Notes under the pieces: generated by a model | Database searches by the model: none | What the model was told of the DNA's origin: nothing | What the model saw: the letters and a program-made list of their open reading frames with translations, nothing else | Part shown: positions 8,867 through 17,510 of the stretch, piece by piece | Layout of the letters: each line of letters begins with the position of its first letter | Position numbering within the stretch: position 1 is the stretch's first letter | Position numbers and translations under genes: made by a program | Source: a virus | Virus record (IMG/VR): IMGVR_UViG_3300034408_000007 | Location: 1-48,940 of that record | Reading direction: 5' to 3' (one strand) | DNA length: 48,940 nt

Positions 8867-9082
8867 ATGATAGATTGGAAAGAAACAGAAAACGAGTTAC
8901 CTAAGCTAAAGGTGAATCATAAAGAAGGCACAATGGAATGTAGTATTGATTTACTTGTTTCTGATGGGGAAATTATACATATTTATGAGTGTTATGATCC
9001 AGAAATTTATGAAGAGATTCTAAAATCAAATTATACCCATTGGATAAGAGTAGACGAAATAGAGTTGCCAGTTAAAAAATAA
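8867..9082 (+). CDS. Hypothetical protein
   Basis: Packed same-strand ORF. Confidence 0.6.
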   Translation: MIDWKETENELPKLKVNHKEGTMECSIDLLVSDGEIIHIYECYDPEIYEEILKSNYTHWIRVDEIELPVKK

Positions 9083-9086
9083 AACA

Positions 9087-9599
9087 ATGAAAAAATCAAT
9101 AAATAAGGGTTGGGTTATAATTAACACTGGCCATCCAAGAACAGGTAATAAATATATTGTAAGCGGGACTTTTTCAAGAAAAAGAACAGATTCAATAAGC
9201 TTATTCATTAAAGGGTCAGGAAGTAATTTTAGATATTGGAAGGAAAAATTCAACTTTAAATGTGTTAGAGCAGAATCAATTATTGAATTAAACCTTAATA
9301 TAAAAGAAAGAATGAAAGAAATAAAAAGGATAAAAGATCAACTAGAAAAAATAGAGATAAACGAAAAAGTATCCTTGGATCAAATATTATATCTATACAA
9401 TAATGGTGTTAATTTTATTCATGAACTTATTAAAAAGGAGGAAATTCTTAAATCTAAACTGAGTGAAAATCTAGATTTATATAAAAAAAAGAACTTAATG
9501 AATGGTTACGACAAGACTTTCAGTCAATGGAATAAATGCAATTTAGTATTATGGGATTTAAAAGATATACTTTCCAGAATGGGGGGAGACTTAGACTAA
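9087..9599 (+). CDS. Hypothetical protein
   Basis: 170-aa ORF. Confidence 0.6.
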   Translation: MKKSINKGWVIINTGHPRTGNKYIVSGTFSRKRTDSISLFIKGSGSNFRYWKEKFNFKCVRAESIIELNLNIKERMKEIKRIKDQLEKIEINEKVSLDQILYLYNNGVNFIHELIKKEEILKSKLSENLDLYKKKNLMNGYDKTFSQWNKCNLVLWDLKDILSRMGGDLD

Positions 9600-9628
9600 A
9601 CTAATACCAACAATACAAAAACAAACAC

Positions 9629-9973
9629 ATGAAGATTGTAAAAGATAAAATAACAAGAGTTGAGATATATAACGCTACTAGGGAAACCAGTTATGTTTAT
9701 AAAGAGGCGAAACCAGCAATAAAATCTTTTTGGCATGGCAAACAAGAGGCTAAGCCAGAAGGTTTTTATTTTTTAGGTATTGATATTGATATTATACCAT
9801 TAGATGATATTCCAGACAATATGCTTAATATAAATAACAGACTTTTTTATAAGCCTTTTATACGTATTCACACTTGTGATGGCAAGGAAACAAAGAGATA
9901 CTTTTTGAATAAAAAAAATCTAAAGTTATGGTTTGATAACAATATGAAAGGAATAAATTTTATAACACTATGA
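9629..9973 (+). CDS. Hypothetical protein
   Basis: Packed same-strand ORF. Confidence 0.6.
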   Translation: MKIVKDKITRVEIYNATRETSYVYKEAKPAIKSFWHGKQEAKPEGFYFLGIDIDIIPLDDIPDNMLNINNRLFYKPFIRIHTCDGKETKRYFLNKKNLKLWFDNNMKGINFITL

Positions 9974-10200
9974 AAACAAGATTGCCTAGAAAGCTTAAAA
10001 AGAAACTGAAAAAAGATGGGCTTTACAATCTGTGGACATATAACAGTGTCAAGGGTGCACCAATTTTTTCTAATTCAAGCTGTGAAATACACATGGACTA
10101 TACTAGACCATTTCTAACTGCTAATGATGTTCACTTTGAAGTTTTATCAAAAGAATATATTAAGCAAACGAGGGTCGAAGCTTATGATTACTTATTTTAA
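9970..10200 (+). CDS. Hypothetical protein
   Basis: ATGA overlap with the upstream gene. Confidence 0.6.
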   Translation: MKTRLPRKLKKKLKKDGLYNLWTYNSVKGAPIFSNSSCEIHMDYTRPFLTANDVHFEVLSKEYIKQTRVEAYDYLF

Positions 10201-10209
10201 TTAAACACT

Positions 10210-10596
10210 ATGATAAAACCAGAAGAATTAAGAATCGGGAATCTTGTTTGGAATCCTGTTCAAAAAATACCCGTTAAAGTTGATTTACGGTTGTTGGCAC
10301 AGATAGATAGAGACTATAAATCTAACTTAGATAAAGATTTACATTTTCAGGCCATCCCTTTAACAGAAGAGTGGTTAATAAAGCTAGGGTTTAAACAAGA
10401 AGTTAATTCAAAAATGGTTAAATTTTGGAGAATAGAAGGACTAACTATTTATCATGAGTACTATCTTCATAATGTAGAGGATAATTTAGAATGGTTTTTC
10501 TTATCATCTTCCGAATACAAAATTAGAATATATAGCTTACACCAACTACAAAACCTTTTCTACTCATTAACAGGAGAAGAACTAAAACTAAAATAA
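10210..10596 (+). CDS. Hypothetical protein
   Basis: Packed same-strand ORF. Confidence 0.6.
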   Translation: MIKPEELRIGNLVWNPVQKIPVKVDLRLLAQIDRDYKSNLDKDLHFQAIPLTEEWLIKLGFKQEVNSKMVKFWRIEGLTIYHEYYLHNVEDNLEWFFLSSSEYKIRIYSLHQLQNLFYSLTGEELKLK

Positions 10597-10597
10597 G

Positions 10598-10750
10598 ATG
10601 AATTTTTTTAAACTATTAATTGGATCGATTTTAATATGGTTTGCGATTTACTATGGAAGAGAAGAGATTATTCCTTTGTTTAGTAGTGAATGGTTTGTTA
10701 TATCTGCTTTTGCTTATTCAGGAACACTAATTTTTTACTTTAAAAGATAA
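10598..10750 (+). CDS. Small two-TM membrane protein, 50 aa (below the track cutoff)
   Basis: ATG 10598 lies 1 nt after the upstream stop. Translation is MNFFKLLIGSILIWFAIYY...FVISAFAYSGTLIFYF. Confidence 0.45.
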   Translation: MNFFKLLIGSILIWFAIYYGREEIIPLFSSEWFVISAFAYSGTLIFYFKR

Positions 10751-10756
10751 AACAAT

Positions 10757-10939
10757 ATGGTACTAAGACTTACAGATGAGCAGTTAAAAGGTATTGAAAA
10801 AAATCTTGAATGGCTTATAAAAGAAAGTAAAATAATGCCTTTAGATAGAGATAAGTACTCTGGTTGGGATATTTTGGCTAATGAAGACAAGATAGCTGAA
10901 TTAAAAGCAATTCTTCAGGATAAATATATTGTAATATGA
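10757..10939 (+). CDS. Hypothetical small protein
   Basis: Packed same-strand ORF. Confidence 0.55.
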   Translation: MVLRLTDEQLKGIEKNLEWLIKESKIMPLDRDKYSGWDILANEDKIAELKAILQDKYIVI

Positions 10940-10998
10940 AATACAAAGGATACAACAAACTAACCTCTCACAAGGAGGAAGACTTTAAATAAATAATT

Positions 10999-11241
10999 AT
11001 GGAAGAGTTAAAGATTGTATTAGAATTAAAGACTGAGTCTATCGAAAAAGCTATAGATATTGGGGTTGTGTTTTTTAAGGATTCTTATTACCATGTTGAT
11101 AAGTCAGAATTAATGTCTATAGTTTTTAATAGAGCAATTTACGGTATAAATACATCGCCTCATGTAGTCACATTAAGAAGTTGCTCTAAATCGTACATTG
11201 AAAAACATCTCCCCGAAAAAGGGGATAAACAAACAAAATAA
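10999..11241 (+). CDS. Hypothetical protein
   Basis: Packed same-strand ORF. Confidence 0.55.
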   Translation: MEELKIVLELKTESIEKAIDIGVVFFKDSYYHVDKSELMSIVFNRAIYGINTSPHVVTLRSCSKSYIEKHLPEKGDKQTK

Positions 11242-11251
11242 AGTGAGTAGT

Positions 11252-11452
11252 ATGAAAGAAATAAAAATCGTAATGTCAGGAACAAATGATATTGTTTTTG
11301 GTAAAAAGCTAACACCTCAAGAGAGAATAAAACAAGCCAAAGAGTCAATATGTCAATTAAAAAAGTATGCTTTAGAATCTGGTTTTCAATATGTTTCTGA
11401 GCCTAGTGATGAGTTTTGGAATAAAAAACTAAAAGAACTTGAGGAAGAATAA
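11252..11452 (+). CDS. Hypothetical protein
   Basis: Start moved to in-frame ATG 11252 (MKEIKIV), which avoids a 44-nt overlap. Confidence 0.55.
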   Translation: MKEIKIVMSGTNDIVFGKKLTPQERIKQAKESICQLKKYALESGFQYVSEPSDEFWNKKLKELEEE

Positions 11453-11474
11453 GTAGTAACTACGTAGTACTACT

Positions 11475-11501
11475 ACCAGTATTTAAAAGTGCTGGTTTTT
11501 T
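11475..11501 (+). terminator. Intrinsic terminator closing the early/middle gene array
   Basis: 8-bp stem (accagtat/gtgctggt, 2 G-U) followed by TTTTTT. Confidence 0.65.
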
Positions 11502-11554
11502 AAGTCATATAGACAGTTATTTATAAAATCAATACAAAATAACTTCCAATAGAT

Positions 11555-11585
11555 TTTGTTTATATGTGGATTATCACTATCTTTG
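11555..11585 (+). promoter_or_regulatory. Bacteroidota-type promoter: -33 TTTG (11555-11558), 19-nt spacer, -7 TATCTTTG (11578-11585)
   Basis: Matches the TTTG / TAnnTTTG consensus known for Bacteroidota sigma-A. Follows a terminator. Confidence 0.6.
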
Positions 11586-11621
11586 GTAAACAACACTTTC
11601 TTTGTTATGTGTAGAATTTAC

Positions 11622-11828
11622 ATGTTAAATAGTAAGTTTCCATTTACAGGTGAAATGGCAAGAGCATTTAGACAGTTGTCTGGACTAACTATAAAAGATG
11701 TGTGTGGTTTTACAGGTTTGGAGTTTGAAGATGTCTTTAGAATTGAAGCAGACGACTACAGACCAAAAGAAAAACAAGATATCCTATTTGATTTTTACGT
11801 CAATAATCATTACAATAAATTATGTTAA
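11622..11828 (+). CDS. Small HTH-like protein
   Basis: MARAFRQLSGLTIKDVCGFTGL resembles an HTH. Track start 11556 is a TTG inside the promoter. An alternative ATG is at 11607. Confidence 0.5.
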   Translation: MLNSKFPFTGEMARAFRQLSGLTIKDVCGFTGLEFEDVFRIEADDYRPKEKQDILFDFYVNNHYNKLC

Positions 11829-11974
11829 GAAATATACTTTTTCAGAAAGGAATAGGTTTAGTTAAAGATGTAACATTGGGGTTAATAGCTGTTTTGTTCA
11901 TAATCCAAATAGTTATATTTATTATTCAAGTCATAAAGCAATCTTGGTTGTTTTGGGATGGTTTACTAGGTTAG
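11822..11974 (+). CDS. Small one-TM membrane protein, 50 aa (below the track cutoff)
   Basis: ATG 11822 overlaps the upstream stop. TM LGLIAVLFIIQIVIFIIQVI. Stop is 1 nt before ATG 11976. Confidence 0.45.
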   Translation: MLRNILFQKGIGLVKDVTLGLIAVLFIIQIVIFIIQVIKQSWLFWDGLLG

Positions 11975-11975
11975 T

Positions 11976-13454
11976 ATGGCAAATAAAATACGTGTTAGAG
12001 GTAACGCTTTAGTAATAACAGATTCAGTAAGCGGAAACACAAAACTTGATGTTTTAAAAAGCACTGTTTACTATGATTCAGAACAGTTAAGAAAAGGTTT
12101 AGTTTCTATAGTTAGAACAAGTACTCCTTTCACAGCTCCTATATTTGAAGAATCATTTACAGGCTCACTAAATTCGTTAGATGAGTTATTTACTTTAGAT
12201 ACGTTTAGGGAGTTTTGCAATAATAATTTAGGGTCAACTGAAATATTACCCGAGCCTATCCCTATCTTAGATAATAGAGTAATAGTAAAAACTTCGGCGG
12301 ATTTCGGCACTTCAATAGATTCAACTAAAGAATATTTTATTGATGGCGTTATTGATATGACAGGGGTTAAATTATTTGTTCCTGCTGGTGGCATAAATAT
12401 AAAAGGATATGATTTTAATATCTCTCAATTAACATCTTCAGACCCAAGTTATGTCATGTTTGAAAGTCTTATTGGTGGGAGTGGAGATATTTTGATGTCC
12501 GATTTAGGGATAACTGTTTCAGGTACAAACTCGAAGGTATATGACTTAACTTCTGTTGATGGTCTTGGAGCAATAGAAACCTATGCAATAAACTATAATA
12601 ACTGTACTTCTATTGGAGAGATAGCTGGGTATAGGCAAGGACTTGATATTGGAGGTGGTAGATTCGGAGGAACACCTAATTTAATACTCTCAGGCACTTG
12701 GCTAGGTGGGTTCAGGATAACTAACCAACTAGTTAGAGGTTTGGATAATACTTGGACAGGATCTTTATTTGAAGCAGGAACATTGTTCCAAATGAACAGT
12801 AGGTTTTTAACTGATTTAAATTGTGATTTAGGAACAAACTCTAGCTTACTTGATTTTCAGAGTTCAAATTTCGCCTCCCCAAACTTATTAGAGCTACAAG
12901 GGTGTGAAATTACTAGAAATGGAACCCATGTACCAACGGACACAAATATAACCCCAAACACATCAAGTACAGATCTCACGTCTTTTTGGAAGAATAACAA
13001 CGGTGTACCAAACACATTTACAGGTGGAAGAGTAGAAATAACCACTCAAGCAACTACAACAATTTCTACTGTGTCAGTAATGGTTGATATAAGTGGAACA
13101 TATACTCATAGTGATTTAGTCCATTTTGGAACCTCTGCAAATGGAGGTTTAGAGAATTTAGCAACTAATCCAAGAGAGTTTGAGGCTTTTGTTTCATACG
13201 TTGTTGATGGTAGTCCTGATGTGTCAACAACAATATACATAGTCAAGAATGATGGTGTATCTGACACTGTAATAGGCCAACAAACAAGAGCTATTAACAA
13301 TTCTCAAGGGGGTAATGATGTAGGGTATTTTACATTTAAAAGGAAAATCATTTTAGAATTAAATGAAACGGTAAGGCTTCAAATATCAAACAATACAAGC
13401 ACAGCGAATTATGTTGCCGAAGTAGGATCGTTTTTTGAAGTTGATGAATTATAA
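11976..13454 (+). CDS. Large beta-helix-like protein; N-terminal ~90 aa paralogous to the 15315 product
   Basis: Gly/Asn/Thr-rich repetitive beta-strand pattern. The N-terminus aligns with MAKRIEIIGVALVVTD...YYD of ORF 15315. Confidence 0.6.
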   Translation: MANKIRVRGNALVITDSVSGNTKLDVLKSTVYYDSEQLRKGLVSIVRTSTPFTAPIFEESFTGSLNSLDELFTLDTFREFCNNNLGSTEILPEPIPILDNRVIVKTSADFGTSIDSTKEYFIDGVIDMTGVKLFVPAGGINIKGYDFNISQLTSSDPSYVMFESLIGGSGDILMSDLGITVSGTNSKVYDLTSVDGLGAIETYAINYNNCTSIGEIAGYRQGLDIGGGRFGGTPNLILSGTWLGGFRITNQLVRGLDNTWTGSLFEAGTLFQMNSRFLTDLNCDLGTNSSLLDFQSSNFASPNLLELQGCEITRNGTHVPTDTNITPNTSSTDLTSFWKNNNGVPNTFTGGRVEITTQATTTISTVSVMVDISGTYTHSDLVHFGTSANGGLENLATNPREFEAFVSYVVDGSPDVSTTIYIVKNDGVSDTVIGQQTRAINNSQGGNDVGYFTFKRKIILELNETVRLQISNNTSTANYVAEVGSFFEVDEL

Positions 13455-13459
13455 GCACT

Positions 13460-13840
13460 ATGATTAAAAATATATATTATATCGGGCAAGAGTTTGAAGC
13501 AAAAGACTCATCAAAGAATTTTGACAACTTTACAATAAGCGAAATAACAACATATAAAGGTGAGGTGTTCTATAGAGGTTCGCCTAAAAGATTTGGAGGG
13601 CTACCCGAAAGCTTTATAACTAAGTATTTCGACTTGGTTGACATTGAGTTGCCTGAGTTTATCAAGGCTCAGAATAGATTAGTAAACGCATTTCAAAACA
13701 TAGATATAAAAACTTTTGAAGAAATAAAAGCTGATGTTAATTTTAACATGAGAATAGAAAAATCATTAAAAAAAATTATGGATGTAGTTGACAGTTGTAA
13801 GGAAGATATACAAAACATAGTTATCAAACAAATATTATGA
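13460..13840 (+). CDS. Hypothetical protein
   Basis: Packed same-strand ORF. Confidence 0.6.
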   Translation: MIKNIYYIGQEFEAKDSSKNFDNFTISEITTYKGEVFYRGSPKRFGGLPESFITKYFDLVDIELPEFIKAQNRLVNAFQNIDIKTFEEIKADVNFNMRIEKSLKKIMDVVDSCKEDIQNIVIKQIL

Positions 13841-14040
13841 TTAAAGAAGCCCTAGTAAGTTTAGAAAAAGTTGAGTCACTTCTAAAAGATGAAAGTGATT
13901 TAAAGAGAGTAGCGAAAGAGCTTAGATGTAGTCTGAATACACTTACCAAATCTATTGATGAAGCTATTAACGCAATTTCAACCTTCAAAGAAGAGTGTGA
14001 TAACTCAGACTTTGTAAAAAACTTAAAACATGAGCAGTAA
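13837..14040 (+). CDS. Hypothetical protein
   Basis: ATGA overlap with the upstream gene. Confidence 0.55.
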   Translation: MIKEALVSLEKVESLLKDESDLKRVAKELRCSLNTLTKSIDEAINAISTFKEECDNSDFVKNLKHEQ

Positions 14041-14437
14041 AAACAAAGTGGGAGCACCAGAGAATAATAAGAATGCTGAAAAGTGGGACTTGAAGGAGGC
14101 TAAGCAGCTTTTTAACAACTGTATTAAAACAGCAAAAGATAAAAATAATACTGAAAACGATTTCATAGGTGAGGTTGCTCAAGCTAACGGATCATATTTA
14201 ACTCAGTTAGATTATTTGAAAGATAAGTTTCCAGAATTAAATCGAAAATATCAAGAGATAAAGAGCTACTGTGAAGCAAATTGTTTTAGAAACGGTAAAA
14301 GGGGTGACATAGTCGCAAGCCTTGCTATCATGAACTTAAAGAGCAATCACGGGTGGACAGATAGAGTTGATAATACTTCAAAAGGAGGGTCAATGTCAAG
14401 CGAACCTGTTCAAATGGTATTCGTTAAAAAGACATAA
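14030..14437 (+). CDS. terS: Terminase small subunit (putative)
   Basis: N-terminal GAPENNKNAEKW and C-terminal NLKSNHGWTDR patterns are typical of small terminases. It lies upstream of terL. Confidence 0.6.
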   Translation: MSSKNKVGAPENNKNAEKWDLKEAKQLFNNCIKTAKDKNNTENDFIGEVAQANGSYLTQLDYLKDKFPELNRKYQEIKSYCEANCFRNGKRGDIVASLAIMNLKSNHGWTDRVDNTSKGGSMSSEPVQMVFVKKT

Positions 14438-14494
14438 AAATATCTTGTCTCCACCCCGTGCAACAAGTAGACTAAAACACTCAAAGTAAGATAG

Positions 14495-15217
14495 ATGAAA
14501 AAACCTATAAAACCGCTAAAAAGAAAAAATTACGGTTCAATACCGCACCTATCCAATAGTAAGCTTGGAATTGGTGACCATTATATAGAGACAGGGCAAG
14601 AGCGAATATTAACTGAAAAAGTCAGGGATAAACATGATGAAGTATTTGTGTTTGAAAAATACGACGGCTCTAATGTTGGAATAGGTAAGATAAATAATAA
14701 AATAGTTGCGTTAACTCGAAGCGGATATATTGCGAAAACAAGCCCCTATAGGCAACATCATCTATTTAATGATTGGGTTTATAAAAATGTAGCAAGGTGG
14801 ATGGACTTATTAGAAGATGGTGAAAGAATTACAGGTGAATGGCTAGTACAAGCACACGGATTAAAATACAGTATTGAAGTTGAGCCTATAATTTTCTTCG
14901 ACCATTTTAACGCTGAAAATCAAAGAAGTCAATTTGATTATTTAGGTGAACTTGCAGTAATGTATGGATTGCAATTACCAAGAATGTTACATAGAGGGCA
15001 AGCAATAAAGACTGATGATTTATTACCTGACCTTAATTTAAAAACCAATGGAATTTGGGCTAAAGAAAACCCTGAAGGAATGGTTTATAGAGTAGAACGA
15101 AAAAGCAAAGTGGATTTTCTTGCTAAATGGGTCAGGTCTGATTTTGAAGCTGGAAAGTACATTGTAGATAAAGAGGATGAAGATTTGACATGGAATATAG
15201 ACAAACATAACCCGTAA
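14495..15217 (+). CDS. ATP-dependent RNA-ligase-family nucleotidyltransferase
   Basis: Motif I EKYDGSN, III ITGEWL, IV EGMVYRV, V LAKWVR in the canonical order. Confidence 0.7.
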   Translation: MKKPIKPLKRKNYGSIPHLSNSKLGIGDHYIETGQERILTEKVRDKHDEVFVFEKYDGSNVGIGKINNKIVALTRSGYIAKTSPYRQHHLFNDWVYKNVARWMDLLEDGERITGEWLVQAHGLKYSIEVEPIIFFDHFNAENQRSQFDYLGELAVMYGLQLPRMLHRGQAIKTDDLLPDLNLKTNGIWAKENPEGMVYRVERKSKVDFLAKWVRSDFEAGKYIVDKEDEDLTWNIDKHNP

Positions 15218-15275
15218 TAGATACTATCTATACTAAATAATTCGATATAAACAAAATATATATTGATTAATTTCT

Positions 15276-15283
15276 TATCTTTG
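15276..15283 (+). promoter_or_regulatory. -7 box TATCTTTG, flanked by the inverted repeat TTGATTAA/TTAATCAA (15263-15270 / 15297-15304)
   Basis: Identical -7 octamer to 11578 and 41229. No good -33 element. Confidence 0.45.
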
Positions 15284-15314
15284 TGTTGACGAACTTTTAA
15301 TCAAAAGGTAAACC

Positions 15315-15989
15315 ATGGCAAAAAGAATAGAAATTATAGGGGTAGCGCTTGTTGTTACTGATACAATAACGGGGACTGTAGAATACGATAAGCCCAAAGC
15401 GGAATGTTATTACGACAACAGGTTATTAGATCAAGGGAAAGTTCAGCTTCTTATTAAATCCAATGCTAGTCCTTTCCAACCTTTAGCAATATACAATTTA
15501 GCAGACACACAAGATTCGGTAGGGGCGACTTTTAATGTTGCGACATTTAGATTTTTTGCACGGAATAGCTTGGGTTTTAATTCGGCTTCGGGAGGTAGCG
15601 AGGCTGTATTATATGCACAACAAGACGGGTTACAGTTTGGAACTAGAACGCTTGATAATTCTATCACTTGGACTGATGTAATCTCAACTTACACTTATAT
15701 ACGTCTTGAATGGGACGTTAATGTCACAGGTGTTGGCGGGGTGTTACAAAGTGAATTAATACCTGTTAGTAGAATTGCTACAGGTAAAAGAGTACGTTTT
15801 GAATATGGAACAGCAGTTATTGATTTGACATTTGGCGCATTATCCACTGGCGATTTAAATAATTCAGGCGGTGCAGTTGTGGATGATTACGGGCTTAAGA
15901 TTATTGGCATTAGTGAAACAGAGGTGGTGTCTGGTACACCTCCAACATTACCAAGCACACCAACGGGCATCACAGTTACACAGTTATAA
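15315..15989 (+). CDS. Protein sharing its N-terminal domain with the 11976 product; Pro/Thr-rich C-terminus
   Basis: Alignment by eye over about 88 aa. The stop abuts the terL ATG. Confidence 0.6.
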   Translation: MAKRIEIIGVALVVTDTITGTVEYDKPKAECYYDNRLLDQGKVQLLIKSNASPFQPLAIYNLADTQDSVGATFNVATFRFFARNSLGFNSASGGSEAVLYAQQDGLQFGTRTLDNSITWTDVISTYTYIRLEWDVNVTGVGGVLQSELIPVSRIATGKRVRFEYGTAVIDLTFGALSTGDLNNSGGAVVDDYGLKIIGISETEVVSGTPPTLPSTPTGITVTQL

Positions 15990-17507
15990 ATGAAGGTTGT
16001 TTTTTCAGACAAATATCAACCACTATTTCAATTATTAATCGCTTGGAGCGAGAGGGATAGAATCTCTATAATTGGACTAAATGAATCTGAAATTGAAGAG
16101 TATCATCAACTAAAAGCGTGTTTAAAATCTAACCTTTTTGAATTTGAGTTAAATCGGTTATTGAGTTTATTTAATGATGTATGCAGCTTAGATGATCGTA
16201 TAGATATTGCTGAAAAAGAAATACACGATCTAAGGGTAAAAGGATTAGACCAAGAAGAATTAAAAGAATTGGATCATTGGTTAGTATTGGCTGGTGTAGA
16301 TACGGTTTTGATAAGTGGCGGTAGGGATAGTGGTAAATCATTTGGATTGTCTGCTTTCAACGGCAAAGCTTCAAGAGATAACGGGCATAGAATACTTTAC
16401 ACTAGACAAACAATGTCGAGTACCGATAGTTCAATTACCGAGGCTTTAGAAAATAGGCTAATGATGCTTGGGATAGCGCATGATTTTGAAGTAGCTAATA
16501 AAATATATAAAGTTAAAGATGATGTTGATGGGAACCCTAGAAAGGGTAAAATTGTTATTACTGGTCAAAAAACGTCAGTAGGTACACAAACAGCAAAGCT
16601 TAAATCATTAGAAGATTTTTCAATATTTGAAACAGATGAGGGCGAAGAGTTAGAGAGCTTTGAATCTTGGAACAAAACTAAACGCTCTTTAAGGGCTCAA
16701 GATGTTCAATGTCTAGCAATAATATCATTCAATCCACCAACGAGGGATCATTGGATTTTTGATGAATTTTATGAAGAAGTTCCCGAAGGGTTTAACGGAA
16801 TAATCGGTAGTGTAATGTATATCCATACAACTTATCTAGATAACGGTAAGGAGAACATGGCCGAACACAACTGGAATGAGTACGAAGGTTTAAGGTTAAA
16901 ATATGAACAGTATGAATCGTTAACCAATGAAGAAAAAGAATTAGCCGACCCTAAATTAAAAAAGGCTTGGAGTAAGTACAAATGTGAAATACTAGGGGGA
17001 TTTAAAGATATTGCTGAAGGTGTTATTTATGAAAATTGGAGAGAAGGGGCGTTTAATGAAAAGTTGTTTTATTGTTATGCAATTGATTTCGGCTTTTCTG
17101 ATCCAGATGCAGCTTTAAAAATTGCAGTAGATACGAACGAAAAAGAAATATACTTAGATGAAGTGCTTCATAAAAATGGGTTAGGCACAAGTGATTTAGG
17201 TAATATACTTTTAGATAGGTGTGGTCATTTTGATTTATTAATTGGAGATCATGCACAGGCTAGGTTGTTAAATGACCTTAGGGATGTGGGACTGAACGCA
17301 GAGGGGTGTATTAAAGGTGTTAACTCGGTTAAGAATACTATCAACACAATAAAAGGATATACAATAATCGTTACGCCACAATCAAAAAACATCAAGAAAG
17401 CACTAAGGAATTACTGCTGGAATGATAAACGGGCAGAAGTTCCTGAAAGAAAATACAAACATTTCCCTGATGCAATGGGGTATGGTTTTACAAGATTAAC
17501 AGCATAG
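15990..17507 (+). CDS. terL: Terminase large subunit
   Basis: Walker A GGRDSGKS, Walker B-like FETDEGEE, C-terminal nuclease-like region, 505 aa. Confidence 0.85.
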   Translation: MKVVFSDKYQPLFQLLIAWSERDRISIIGLNESEIEEYHQLKACLKSNLFEFELNRLLSLFNDVCSLDDRIDIAEKEIHDLRVKGLDQEELKELDHWLVLAGVDTVLISGGRDSGKSFGLSAFNGKASRDNGHRILYTRQTMSSTDSSITEALENRLMMLGIAHDFEVANKIYKVKDDVDGNPRKGKIVITGQKTSVGTQTAKLKSLEDFSIFETDEGEELESFESWNKTKRSLRAQDVQCLAIISFNPPTRDHWIFDEFYEEVPEGFNGIIGSVMYIHTTYLDNGKENMAEHNWNEYEGLRLKYEQYESLTNEEKELADPKLKKAWSKYKCEILGGFKDIAEGVIYENWREGAFNEKLFYCYAIDFGFSDPDAALKIAVDTNEKEIYLDEVLHKNGLGTSDLGNILLDRCGHFDLLIGDHAQARLLNDLRDVGLNAEGCIKGVNSVKNTINTIKGYTIIVTPQSKNIKKALRNYCWNDKRAEVPERKYKHFPDAMGYGFTRLTA

Positions 17508-17510
17508 GAT

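Noticed and set aside
10936-10992. 18-codon micro-ORF (MKYKGYNK...) in the 10940-10998 gap
   Set aside because: It starts with an ATGA overlap, but it is too short to support without expression data.
12071-12394. Reverse ORFs within late genes (12071-12394, 12857-13045, 13106-13300, 15443-15667, 18495-18766, 19327-19539, 19717-19963, 21905-22126)
   Set aside because: All lie antisense to long plus-strand structural or packaging genes, and none has independent support.
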